This document shows positions 1 through 11,692 of a stretch of DNA of 64,000 nucleotides, in pieces. Location: assembly GCA_043228905.1 (NCBI GenBank), contig JBHGNT010000010.1:3720001-3784000 (forward strand), written 5' to 3'. The position numbers and the translations under genes are program-made. Position 1 is the stretch's first letter. Each line of letters opens with the position of its first letter. Origin of the DNA: Azolla caroliniana. Lineage: Eukaryota > Plantae > Polypodiophyta. The notes under the pieces are model-generated. The model worked only from the letters and a program-made list of their open reading frames with translations, ran no database searches and had not been told where the DNA came from.

Positions 1-650
1 CTCCCCATTTGAGCATTCATTGTAGATTAAGCTTCCTTTCTTCTTTTCCTTCTCTCTCGAACACGAGCTATGTAGTGGTACTACGATAGCGATGAGCCGG
101 TTCTTCTTGAACGTCGGCTTAGAGCACAACACATGATCACGATGAGGCGAGTGGGCTAGATCGAGCTGCCAAATCACTTTGATACCATGTAAAGAATCAA
201 TGGCGATTCTTGTGTAGAGGAATAGATATGTGTGTTATGTGTGAGAGAATAGAGAGGAGAGAAAAGAGAACTCACGATAGATAAACAAGAGAAATAAAAT
301 AATCAAGAAGTAGAAGGTGTATATTTCACAAGTAGAATAGAGATACAAAAATGTAGCATTACAAGGAGTCACAACCAACTTCATATGAAGTATGAGGAGG
401 GTGCTTTATATAGAGTCACCCTCTCTCTTCATTAACTTACAACAACGTCCACACTCTCACTAGAGCCTTGAGGAATGTGAAGTCTTATGGTCATGGGGAA
501 TGTGGAACCCATTAGTTATGTGTCATAGAATATGATTCTATGACACATAGTTTAATGTGTAGAGAGTGGTATAACTCTTGACCTTTGAGTGCTCATGGAT
601 GCTCAAAGGGTGGTTCACACGTTACACTATGTTGAGCTTGATTCTCAATA
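1..650 (-). mobile_element. 5' end of a Ty1/Copia element running off the left edge: 5' LTR 650-188, PBS 187-177, gag start at 20
   Basis: Minus strand reads TATTGAGAATCAAG...GATTCTTTACA followed by TGGTATCAAAG (tRNA-iMet PBS). ATG at 20 encodes MNAQMG, like the MNTQMG gag starts at 1476 and 39530. Confidence 0.8.
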
Positions 651-1252
651 GATATGATAAGTTGGACATTGATGTCGTAAGGAAATAATTTCGCATAATG
701 TTGAGTGGAACACCACCTGTTCAGGTCCAAAGAAGAAAGGAATGAATGGAGCATGGCAACATGATAACACTTCTCTAGCATGGCAATATTAGGTGTTAGA
801 TCATGGGAAGAACAGTCTACAAATGATTTTTGGAGACGAAATGGAGTTTCTCCACAACATCTCAAACAATTTTGGAAATGGCTATGTGGTATAAAAATGA
901 GTAGGAAAATTGTTTGTTTTCGTTGGTTGTTGGTTCATAAAGCTATGTTGAGAATCAAACTCGAATTCCCTAGTGTGGGAACACACTTTAGTATACGCAA
1001 GTGTGTGAACACCAGATCTAATTGTATAGTAGCTAGTGTGTCATAGAACTTTAAGTTCTATTACACATATTTAGTAGGTAGTTAAGTCTCTAGCTCCTTT
1101 CCAAGTGGTGTTTGTAGTGAGAGAACATAGAGAGAAGGTGATTGCATAAGCACCTTCTCCTCCTCTTTGCAACTGTTAGTTCTTTCTTACTCATTGTAAA
1201 TACAGTTTTCTTGCTTTCTGTATGCATTGTGTTCTCTTTCTCTCTCTCTCGA

Positions 1253-1294
<42 letters not shown>

Positions 1295-1475
1295 CTTTTC
1301 CATTGCATAGAATCATATTTGATTCTTTACATGGTATTAGAGCACTTGGTAGCCTGATCCAAGCCCATCTGCGCGTTGTTTCTAAGCCCACGTTCATGAA
1401 GAACCAGCAGATCGTTGTAGCAACAACCCTGCACAACTCGTATCATAGAGAAGAAGAAATCACAAGTTGACCATC

Positions 1476-4400
1476 ATGAACACTCAGATGGGCAACTCTC
1501 TCCCGATTGAAAAGCTCAACAAAAACAACTTTGAATCTTGGGAATACAAGATGTAGCAATACCTTGTGGGTCAAGGCTATTGGAGTTATATTGAAGAAGA
1601 ATAAGAAATGCAACTCAACCCAACACACACCGACTACCCAGCATGGGAGCAAGCAACAAGCCATGTGTTGTATTGCCTAACATCACTCGTTCATGATCAC
1701 ATGCTCGGCTACATCCGAAAGGTGAAAATGCCAAAGGAGGCGTGGGGAAATCTCAAAAAGATATTCACGGCTAACACGAGCACATGAAAGCTTCAACTCC
1801 ATCAAGAGTTGAACAACATTCAACGGAGGGACATGAGAATCAACAGCTACACCTTGAAGATCAAGGAGTTGTGCGACTACCTCGAGTCGATCAATGTCAA
1901 CATTGACGATGATGAAGTGGTGCAGATATGCCTCAGTGGCCTATCACCCCGGTTCGATGCAATAACGTCAGTCGTCCTCGTGAGGGAGAATCCTCCCTCC
2001 ATCGATCTCCAGTCTATGTTTCTAGGCGAAGAGAATCATGTTCAAACAAGGAGCAATGTGCAAGAAGGACACATGCTCTATTCGAACTCAAATGGAGCAA
2101 GCAACGAGCCGTGTGTTGTACTGCCTAGCATCATGCGTTCATGATCACATGCTCAGCTACATCCCAGAGGCCAAAATGCCGAAGGAGGCATGGGGAAATC
2201 TCAAAACGATATTCATGGCCAACACGAGCACACAAAAGCTTCAACTCAATCATGAGTTGAACAACATTCAATGGAGGGACATGAGAATCGGCAGCTACAC
2301 CTTGAAGATCAAGGAGTTGTGTGGCTCCCTCAGCTCGATCAATGTCAACATTGACAACGATGAAGTGGTGCAGATATGCCTTGATGGCCTAGCACCCCGG
2401 TTCGATGCAATAAGGTCAGGCGTCCTCGCGAGGGAGAATCCTCCCTCCTTCGATCTCCAGTTTATGTTTCTGGGCGAAGAGAATCATGTCCGAAGGAGGA
2501 GCAATGTGCAAGAAGGACACATGCTCTATTCGATCTCGGATGGAGGAAGGGGACAAAGTCGTGGTAGAAGAGGCCGATTTGGCCAAGGTCGACACAACCA
2601 GGAACAACCCCGTGAACAAAATTTCTACTACCGGAAATACAATGCACACACACAACGTGGAACGTTTGAAGAAGGGGGAGCAATCATGTCGGACCAAGCC
2701 GACAAAAAAACTCCATCCAGTGTGGATACTGTAGCAAATTCGGCCACTACAAGGTAAAGTGTCGGAAGAAGGAAAGTGAATCAGCCTTCAAAAGCCGACA
2801 ACTCACCAGCAACGCCTCAAATTCCGACTACGACGATCGTGGCGGAGTGTTCATGATGCGGCATGGAGCAAATTCGATGATAGCATCGTGCCTGAGAAGC
2901 ACTTCGAATCCAACTCAGAAGATGTATGGTTTGTCGACTTAGGTGCTTCCAATCACATGACATCTCATCAAGATTGGTTCCGAGAGTTGTGAAAGCCCGA
3001 ACAACCTGGCTATTCGGTGAAGAGGGCAACCAAACCTAGATCAAGAACGTATTGCATGTTCAAACATTAATGAAAAATCTAGTCTCTATTGGCCAGATTG
3101 TGGAACAAGGCATGTAAGTTCAGTTCGACGACCGAGGATGCTTCATCGAAAAGGAAGGTTGAATTATCGCTTGCGGACAAAGATAAGGTCGAATGTTCAT
3201 CCTCAATTCTCACGAGATGAAATCGGCAATGTTTGTCAAGGGCCATAAAGCCGACACCAACATAGAGCTATTGCACAAAAGATTCAGCCACATTAAGCTC
3301 GAGAACCTCAAAGGAATGCAGTCGAAAGGAGTCATCATCAATCTCCTGATCTTTATTGAGAAGGAGATTAAAGGTGTTTGCGAAGACTACCAGTTCGGAA
3401 AACAACATCATCAACCGTTCCCAAAAGAGAGGAATGTGAGCAAAGGGATCCTAGATGTAATACATTAAGATGTATGGGGACCAGCCCAAACGGCAACATT
3501 CAGTGGTTGTTGATATTATGTGACTTATCTAGGCATACCTGGATATTCCCCATGCGGCAAAAGAGCGAACTGTTTTCACACTTCTAGAAATTTTAGCTCG
3601 AAGTCGAAAAAGAAAATGGTCGACATGTACGGTGCCTTCGATCATACAGAGTCAAAGAGTACTTCTCTAACTCCTTCACAACATAGCTTCGAGAAGAAGG
3701 AATCCGGTGGGAATTTACTTGTCAACACACACCTCAACAAAACAAAGTAGCCGAACAAAAAATTTGGTTAATACTCGAGGTGGCAAGGGCAATGATGAAT
3801 GAGAAACATTTGTTGAAATCTTACAAGGCTGAAGCGGTGAACACAATCGTCTATCTAATGAATCGGTGCACAACATCCGCAATGCACGATGTAATCCCCC
3901 ACAAGAAGTTCTATGGAAAGAAGCCAGACCTATCCCACGAAAGCATATTCAGCTCTATAGCATTTATACACATTCCCGATGAAAAGTGGCAAAAGCTAGA
4001 TCCAAAATCGGAGAAGTGTATCCTCGTGGGGTACTTGCTCAAACAAAAGGGGTATAAAGGCTTCAACCCCTCTACGAGGAAGGTATGAGTGAGTAAGGAT
4101 GTTGTGTTCGACGAATCGACATCCTGGTACACAGTCGACTCAACTCCATCCGATCTAATCGAAACCGATTTCGATATAGACTCAGAGGAGGATGATCGAC
4201 CAAGGCTCACACTAGAGGAGAGTCCAATCTCAACCAGATTGAGTGGACCACAACACGTTGTGGCCAAGTCCGAAATCAGAAAAAGGAAAGGCCAAAATGC
4301 CTAAGTAAGAAGACTCAGATGAAAATGAATCGGCTCATTCACTGGATAGTGAGTGTAATAGTGGATTGGATGTTCCTATCATGAGGACACTAAGAGCATA

Positions 4401-6839
4401 GAAAGTGTCCACGAAGACATGTGAACAACTCCGTCAGTCCACCCGAGAGAAGAATGTGCTCAACCGATTCAGATACAAGGACTACATGGCATATCATTAT
4501 GCATTTATGATGAAGGTGGAGACAGTTCAGGAACTAGAAAACTTTTCCAAGGCCACTAAGGACCCGCGATGGGTCGAAGCGATGAATGAGGAGATGCAAG
4601 CATTCTCGAAAAATGAGATATGGGATCTTGTTCTCTCTTCACCCCACCAAAAGGCAATCGGGTGTAGGTGGATATACAAGGTGAAGGACAATGCCGACGA
4701 CACCGTCAATCGGTATAAGGCTCGGCTTGTGGCCAAAGGGTATGCACAGACACATGGGGTCGATTATGAAGAGACCTTTGCCCCAGTGGCAAAGATGACG
4801 ACCATACGGACCGTAATAGCGCTTTTTGCAGTCAAAGGGTGGCACCTACACCAAATGGATGTAAAGAACACCTTTCTCCAAGGCGAATTAGATCAGGAGG
4901 TGTACGTGGTACAACTACCAGGTTTCAAGTCGAGCACACAACCACAAGCAATGTGCCAACTCAGAAATGACATTTTTCAAGTCTGACAGTTCTCTGTTCA
5001 TCTGGAGAGACTCCAAAGGACATGTATTTATCATAATATATGTGGATGACTTGGTCATTGGAGGAGAGCATTCAACAAATATCGAACATATCAAAAAGCT
5101 ACTCTCCGGCCAATTCAAAATGAAAGACATGGAGAATTACTTTCTAGGGATAGAAGTAATTTGGACTCCAGACGACATCATGATCTCCCAACGACACTAA
5201 ATCCTCAATCTTCTTTACAAGTTTGGGATGCAAAGTGTAAGCCTATCACTACCCCTCTCGATCGAAATCTAAAGCTAGATGTCGATTCCGGCACAAAAGA
5301 GTGTGAGCCTACATACTATCGGACCTTGTCAGCAGCCTTATTTATCTCACCATTACTTGGCCCGACCTCAGGTACCCGGTCGGCCTCCTTAGCCAGTTTA
5401 TGCAGACACCACGGAACATTCACTTGGACTATGCTAAGCGAGTGTTAATCCCTGTAAGTGGGACAAGGGATTTCGGCATCCTCTACAAATCGGCCACACT
5501 GATTCAACTCAAAGGGTACACCGATGTTGATTGGGCCGACTACAACGCCGACAGACGATCAACATTGGGATTTGTCTTCTCCCTTGGCAACGGAGCCATA
5601 TCGTGGAGCACTAAGAAGCAGTCGATAGTTGCACTATCAAGCATAGAGACCGAATACAGGGGCACGGTATCGTGAAGGATTCTGGCCATAGGAAGAAAAG
5701 GGGGTTGGGAGCGTGTGAACGGGGGTGTGGAAGGATGCACACGAATGAGGCCTACAGTGTACATAAAATGTAGTAATATAGGACTAATAAGTACTAGGTA
5801 GTATTATTTAGATGGGTACTTTCATGTCCCACATAAAGAGGGGAATGGAATGTGTGGGGAGGAAAACGAGGGAATCGCATGCAAAATTGACTATCTTGAT
5901 GTATGATGTAACGGCCTCCCCTTTGTACTGCAAAAAGGGGAGATTTGAATTGTTTTTGGGATCCATGGTTTGGGAGAACAAAGTGTTGCCGGACCGAGCT
6001 CTGGAGATTTTTGTTCTCTATTCTATGTATGAAGCCCGTGTGCTCCCGATCAGAGGTCCACTAGAGCCGGGGTGCATGTGTGTTTTTAGGAGTGCGAAGC
6101 TCTGTTGTTGGTCGAGTCCAAGCGTGCAACACTAGGTTGCGGGCTAGGTGGAATCAGATCCTTGATGGGAACGCCCAAATCCTTCAAGATTCATTTCAGC
6201 CAAACCATTTCACATGCAGCAACTACTGTTGTCGTGGTATTCCGCGTGTATGTGTCGGAACGGGGTGGGACCAATGGGGTCTTGAACGAAGGGATCGGTA
6301 AAGAGAGGGCGAGGAATCTTACCAGACTGTTTCCGGATCACTTTGCCATCACACGGCTCAGGCATGCTACCAATCCGGACCAGTCGCCGGATACCGAGTG
6401 ATGGGCACACAAGCCAAATACGTATACTATTGCAGACTAGCGTCCGGATACCAGCTGAGGATCACACGGGCTTAGAAATGTAGACAACACGCGAGGCAGA
6501 TGAAAATAGAAAAGGGAAATACAAGCTCAATACCGAGATAAGAATATAATACAACAGACAAATGGATTAAATAACGGAGGAATACAACTAGCCCGCAACC
6601 TAGTGTTGCACGCTTGGACTAAGCACATTAAGGTGCATTATCACTTCATCCGAGAGCATGGCCTGCCTAGATATGTCGACCTACAACACATCAACACAAA
6701 TCGGCAAACAACCGACATCTTCACAAAGGCCTTGGGGGTTGACAAGCTGTGGCAATTCACAACGAACCTAGGTCTTTCTATTACCGACAAGCCGAGCTTT
6801 AGGGGGAGTATGGATGAGGAGCCACTCGACATAGAGTAG
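1476..6839 (+). pseudogene. Copia-1 gag-pol pseudogene with many stops and frameshifts
   Basis: Gag (UBN2-like), GAG-pre-integrase, integrase, KLDPKSEKC (SH3-like), [15 protein letters not shown] and RNase H DADW..RRST-like motifs across broken ORFs. Confidence 0.9.
5668..6587 (+). mobile_element. Gypsy solo LTR inserted in the Copia-1 RNase H; its 3' half is inverted
   Basis: Starts TATCGTGAAG (compare TGTCGTGAAG at 45025). Its other terminus CCACGACA is on the minus strand ending at 6230. 4-bp TSD ACGG (5664-5667) / ACAG (minus 6229-6226). Confidence 0.75.
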
Positions 6840-7769
6840 AATGAACACAAGAGTGAGCCAGCTATCCGAAGCCGAAGCCGGAGTCAACTCAAAGCCGACC
6901 CAAAGACTAGTGACCAGTCCGAACCAACCATCCGACGACCGGAAATTGCATTTGAAGGGGTATGTTGAGAATCAAACTCAACCTCCCTAGTGTAGGAACA
7001 CACTTTAGTATACTCAAGTGTGTGAACACCACACCTCCTAGTATAGTAACTAGTGTGTCATAGAACTTAATGTCTCCACCTCATGTGGTTGTAGCGAGAG
7101 AACATAGAGAGATGGGGACTACATAAGCACCTTCTCCTCCTCTTTGTAATTGTTGGTTCTTTCTTACTCCTTGTTAATATAGTTTTCTTGCTTTCTGTAT
7201 ACATTGCGTTCTCTTTCTCTCTCTCGACTACACACACACACACATCTCTTCCACTGCACAGAATCATATCTGATTCTTTACAAGCTATACCAGTTAATGG
7301 GTGGCGAAAAAGAAATGTAGACAAGATGTACCCTTTTTGTACAGATTTAATAGAGACTACTAAACATTGTTTGTGGAGTTGTGGTTTTTCTATGAACATA
7401 TGGAAACGAATCATAAAATTATTAACTCCAATATATCCTAGAGCAGAATATACATGGGGAGCGGTATTATGGGTGGTGGTACACATGATAAACGTATGGT
7501 ATTTGAATAGGAGGAGGTTGCAAATGCTATTGTGATGAGATATGGTTTGATGGAAAGAAAATACACAAATACAAACTAATAAACCTCAAATATGGCAATT
7601 GTTAAGTAGTATTACAATTTGGTATATTTGGAAGGCTCAATGTTTGAAGGTATTTCAAAATGTGTCTGAAAGACATGCCCAAATAATTTCAGGAATTTGG
7701 ACAAAGATTGTGCATAATCTCAAAGGTTTGATGGATAGTATAAAAGGTAATACTATAGACCATTGGTAC

Positions 7770-8165
7770 TCGGTAGACCCTAGAATGCTCAAGGTTGAAG
7801 CCTGAAGGCGTGCACTGAGCACTAGTGCAGGTTGCACGAGGTCCTCGATGCTCATCACGTGCAATCTCCCTCTCCCTCCCGACTCGTAATGTTTGTGTCG
7901 ACAATGGACACTCAACACTAAAGGCAGTGAACAGTCGACTCTCTACTTTAGCCTTCTAAGTTCTAACTGTAATCTGTAACTTAAAATTTTTAATTTTTCT
8001 AACTTTTAAACATGCATGTATGACCTAATTAATAATCAGCTTAATCGGTTTGGCTGGGCTCAAGCCAAGCCGAACCGAGCTCAAACTGTTTAAACAGGGT
8101 CAAGCCTAAGCCGAGCTAAGCCGCTAAACCGGTTTAGGCTTGAGCCGAGCCGTTGTCGATTCCTA
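7770..8165 (-). mobile_element. One-ended hAT fragment related to the left end of the 21086-24621 element
   Basis: Minus strand from 8165 reads TAGGAATCGACAACGGCTCGGCTCAAGCCTAAACCG, nearly identical to 21086 onward, with the same AAACCG/GGCTTA subterminal motifs. Inner boundary approximate. Confidence 0.8.
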
Positions 8166-8189
8166 ACCATGACCAATGGCTAATTGTTA

Positions 8190-8460
8190 TCCTAGTCATG
8201 AAGAATTTTTGTTAGTAGCTCTTAAAGTGATCTAATGTTGATATTCATAGTAGTGCATGTTTCCCATGATTCAAGAAGCTTGTTTAATATCAAGCCTATC
8301 TTTATATCCTTTGGGATGAGGTTACGAGTGGTAGCATCATCATTGAATTTCATGACTTTATGACGCGTAGCTAGGAAGGTAGGGACATCTTCCTCTTCCT
8401 GTAGACACATAATGAATAATGTGTCTATTGTGTATAACTTAGCCATACCATCATGTGGTT
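8190..8460 (-). pseudogene. Degenerate Copia gag (UBN2-like) remnant
   Basis: TLFIMCLQEEEDVPTFL...IGLILNKLLESWETC resembles the LF.m.m.E...v..f...ILnsLPesW gag pattern. Confidence 0.45.
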
Positions 8461-9314
8461 CATGTGCATTAGGATTTCCAAGTGTGCCATTTCATCTCAA
8501 CCCTTCCATGTTTTCCATCCTTCTCATATTTTTCGTATTGGCTCTTCATGTTTTCCATTCTTCTCATATTTTTCGTATTGGCTCTTCACAGGTGCCATCC
8601 ATGACTTCGAGGAGCCCTTCAATTTCCAACCTCTAATTCTATCTTCAACTTTCAGTTTTTAAAATTCCTCTTTTCAAAATTTTCTAGGACATATTTCATG
8701 TATTTCGAAGCGCTTTGAGAGTCTAGTCTCGTTATTGTAATGGTAAAAGCAATTGGTACAAAATTGGGTGGTGTTATAACTAGTTGATTGTAGTATGAAT
8801 ATGGTTTCTATGTACTTGTTGGAGTAGGGCAAGTCAAAGTCAAGTCAAGTCAAGTCAATGGTAACAATTTGAGTAGGAGAGGAGAGACAAATCAAGGATT
8901 AGGATATACACTCTTATTATATTGCCATTATTATATATAGTGAAACATTGTAGCAAGAGCCAATACAAGTGACAACACAGGAGCTAGTTAACATGACATT
9001 GACCATGGCCGTTGTTGCCCGATGACAACAATACTTGTCGGCAAATCATGGCGAGCTGTTCATGTTAATCGAGTTTGGTTGCAAAATAAATTCGGCATTG
9101 CTTATGGAACACTATGCATATAGATAAGTACAGGTAGAGGGCGGCCAGTCAATGCGCAGGCACCGTGCGGCATCTACCGGTATATATATAAATATATATA
9201 TCGTATGGCTCGTCGGGCTGAGATATAGAGGTTGTGTTAGTATATTGACGATACTCGTGCTCTCTTGGGCACCATATCCAGCATATACTAAACAAGAAAT
9301 GATATGTACACTTG

Positions 9315-11692
9315 TTAACAAGCCGATGCAGTCGAGCAAGGGAGTGCTCCCGCGAATGTGGTCATGTAGGGGGAGAACTTAAGTGGTTCGAATCGAGTGG
9401 AGGTGTCACCACTAGAGTAGAGGTTCGAATCGAGGGTGCTAGGTGCACTACCCGATTCTATGAAGTATGCCCCATTGAGGAATGTGTCGTCGATCGACTT
9501 CCAATTCCACACCTGCCATTTGCTCCGAGCACCCGCCTCTCGCTTGGTCACCTGCGCGGCAGCAGCAGCTCACACATTTAAAGATTTTTTTGTGTTATTT
9601 TAGTACAGATCAATGGATATATTTTGTCTAATATATTGCTATGTGCATTTCACAATATACTAGAGAATTTGTTACAGTAAAATTCAGAGAACACTCTTTC
9701 AAATATATGTCGTCGTCACAACACCTCGACATTTATACGCGTTTTTTGTGTGTTTCGGCATCATCCCTGTTTGGACAATAACTGTTGATTCTTTGTGGAG
9801 ACATTAGCTATCTGTGTTCTAATGTTTAGTATGATTAGGGGGGTAAGTGTGATAGAAGAAGTGATATGATTGATCACCTGCTTATAGCGACTGCTCGAGG
9901 AACGGAAGCGGTTGCCCTCGCTGACGATTGTCGGGGCAGCGCTGCCTCCAATGGCATACTCTCCCCATCCCTCATAGTCGTTATTGACGACATGGAAGTA
10001 CCCGAAGCGGCACCTGCAGGCGTGGCACAACATGTCGGATTAGGTGCTCATTTACAGGCAAAAACACACATAGAGATTAACATGCCAATGTGACAACATA
10101 GATAATTTTGTGAGAAAATAGATGCTAGGGTTTCTAGTTTTGTGATGCTAGGGTGTTGTTTGGTTGTGACAACATATATATAATTTGTGAGAAAATAGAT
10201 GCTAGGGTTTCTAGCTTTGTGATGTTGGGGTTTTGTTTGGTTGTGACAACATACATACAAATTTGTGAAAAAGTAGATGCTAGGGTTTCTAGTTTTGTGA
10301 TGTTAGGGTTTTGCTTGGTTGTGACAACATATACAAATTTGTGAAAAAGTAGATGCTAGGGTTTCTAGTTTTGTGATGTTAGGGTTTTGCTTGGTTGTGA
10401 CAACATATGTACAATTTTGTAAGAAAATAGATGCTAGGCTTTCTAGTTTTGTGATGTTAGGGTTTTGTTTGGTTTGTGACAACATACATACAAATTTGTG
10501 AATAAATATGCTAACCTCGGCATGCGCTGGATGAGGCCCGGGCCGAAGTGGTTGAATGCGACCGTGACTCGCATTGCCTTGTCGGCGACATACGAATCAC
10601 TGTGGCCAAGGAGCATGACCTTATTATGGTTGAAGAAGTAGTTATTGGAGATGGTAACAAGAGAGGAACCATGGATGACATCGATGAGGCCATCAGTACA
10701 TGAAGCAAGCGAATTGTGGTCGATCCAAATGTTCCGTGACCCGAACACGCTGATGCCATCCCCGTCAGACCCACGCCGGTACCCAATGTGAGACACGGAG
10801 CTACGCACGCGCCCGCTCTTCCCGGGCCGGCAATGGTGGATATAGAGCCCGTGCACGATCACATTGCTCACGTACTGGATCGTGAGGCATGGCCCATATG
10901 CGATCTGAACACGCACACCCCGCCCATCCAGGGTCTTGTCCCCCGTTATGATGAGCTCGTTTTGGAGAGTTATGGTCATGTCGTGCGCGAAGTAGATCCA
11001 GAGGGGCTTCTCTTGGATCACGCCGTAGCGCAATGTGCCGGGCTCCGGGTCTTGCGCATTGTCGGCATTGCTTGTGACCACGTAGAAATCGCCCGCCTTC
11101 CCGCCCGTGGTCCCGCTCCCGAAACCTATGGCACAATTGGCCAACTGCTTCCGGTTCTTTGACCAGTTCCGATCGCCCCTCCAGCATTCATCGATCACAT
11201 TCCACGATGAGGAGGAGGCCGTTGGCTTCGCCCCCGCGGCAACACCGGACGAATTAGGGACCGGCCACGATGCACTAATCATACATATAATGAAATGCAT
11301 GTAATTAGGGAGATTCCAAGCAAATTTGAAGGCTTTACAAGCCAATCATTTGTTTGCCTCATGAATTTGAAGGCTTTCCCTTGTCATCAATTGGTAATGT
11401 CAAGTCATTAATTACTAATGTGCTGCTAAAACATTGATGGGATATCCATTCATTATGAATTTCATTTACCATAAGATGCAATTGAATGGATTAGAAAGAA
11501 TAAAACACATTAGCCAACAACCAACATTTATAAGGATGCAACCATTTCGGGATATCTCGGGGGAATGCACCCGGATCGGTTCGCATGCAATTACCTGAAA
11601 TTTGTAGGCGCCCCCGTGGCGATAGCAAGGGTGGCGAGGCTTAGTAATATCATTAGGAGAAGTGAGCTTTTGCTATAATTATTAGTAAACAT
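9315..11692 (-). CDS. Pectate lyase (polysaccharide lyase family 1), secreted, about 409 aa; exons 11692-11595, 11274-10516, 10013-9878, 9551-9315
   Basis: Hydrophobic signal peptide in exon 1. Motifs IDECWR, GFG..TTGG, KTLDGRG, SDGDG, WIDH, DGLID, QRMPRCRFG, WNWKS..D.FLNGAYF. All introns GT-AG and phase-consistent; exons total 1230 nt. Confidence 0.95.
10090..10510. repeat. Minisatellite, about 76-78 bp x about 5.5 copies, in pectate lyase intron 2
   Basis: Unit GTGACAACATA...AAAATAGATGCTAGGGTTTCTAGTTTTGTGATGTTAGGGTTTTG(C/T)TTGGTT repeated head-to-tail. Confidence 0.9.

Larger units (their letters stand above)
946..7282 (+). mobile_element. Full-length decayed Ty1/Copia LTR retrotransposon (Copia-1)
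   Basis: LTRs 946-1331 and 6963-7282 (TG...CA); TSD AGCTA (941-945, 7283-7287); PBS TGGTATTAGAGC 1332-1343; PPT GAAGGGG about 6954-6960; domain order gag-PR-IN-RT-RH. Confidence 0.95.
651..7760 (+). mobile_element. Degenerate L1-like LINE 3' fragment (zf-RVT region), split by the Copia at 946-7282
   Basis: FWKWLCGIKMSRKIVCFRWLLVHKA before 946 continues as IPVNGWR...PFC...ETTKHCLWSC after 7287, typical of the plant LINE ORF2 zf-RVT region. Outer boundaries are approximate. Confidence 0.7.

Noticed and set aside
1090-1470. ORFs with HTHT/CVCV/SLSL runs (also near 33.2, 43.7 and 60.0 kb)
   Set aside because: These are translations of (CA)n and (CT)n microsatellites in LTRs and UTRs.
10090-10510. 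CRISPR-like regular repeats
   Set aside because: Whole units repeat with no unique spacers, the array lies in a spliceosomal intron, and there are no cas genes.
10443-11345. 300-aa single-exon pectate lyase from the ORF track
   Set aside because: Both ends run into introns; the four-exon model supplies the signal peptide and C-terminus.
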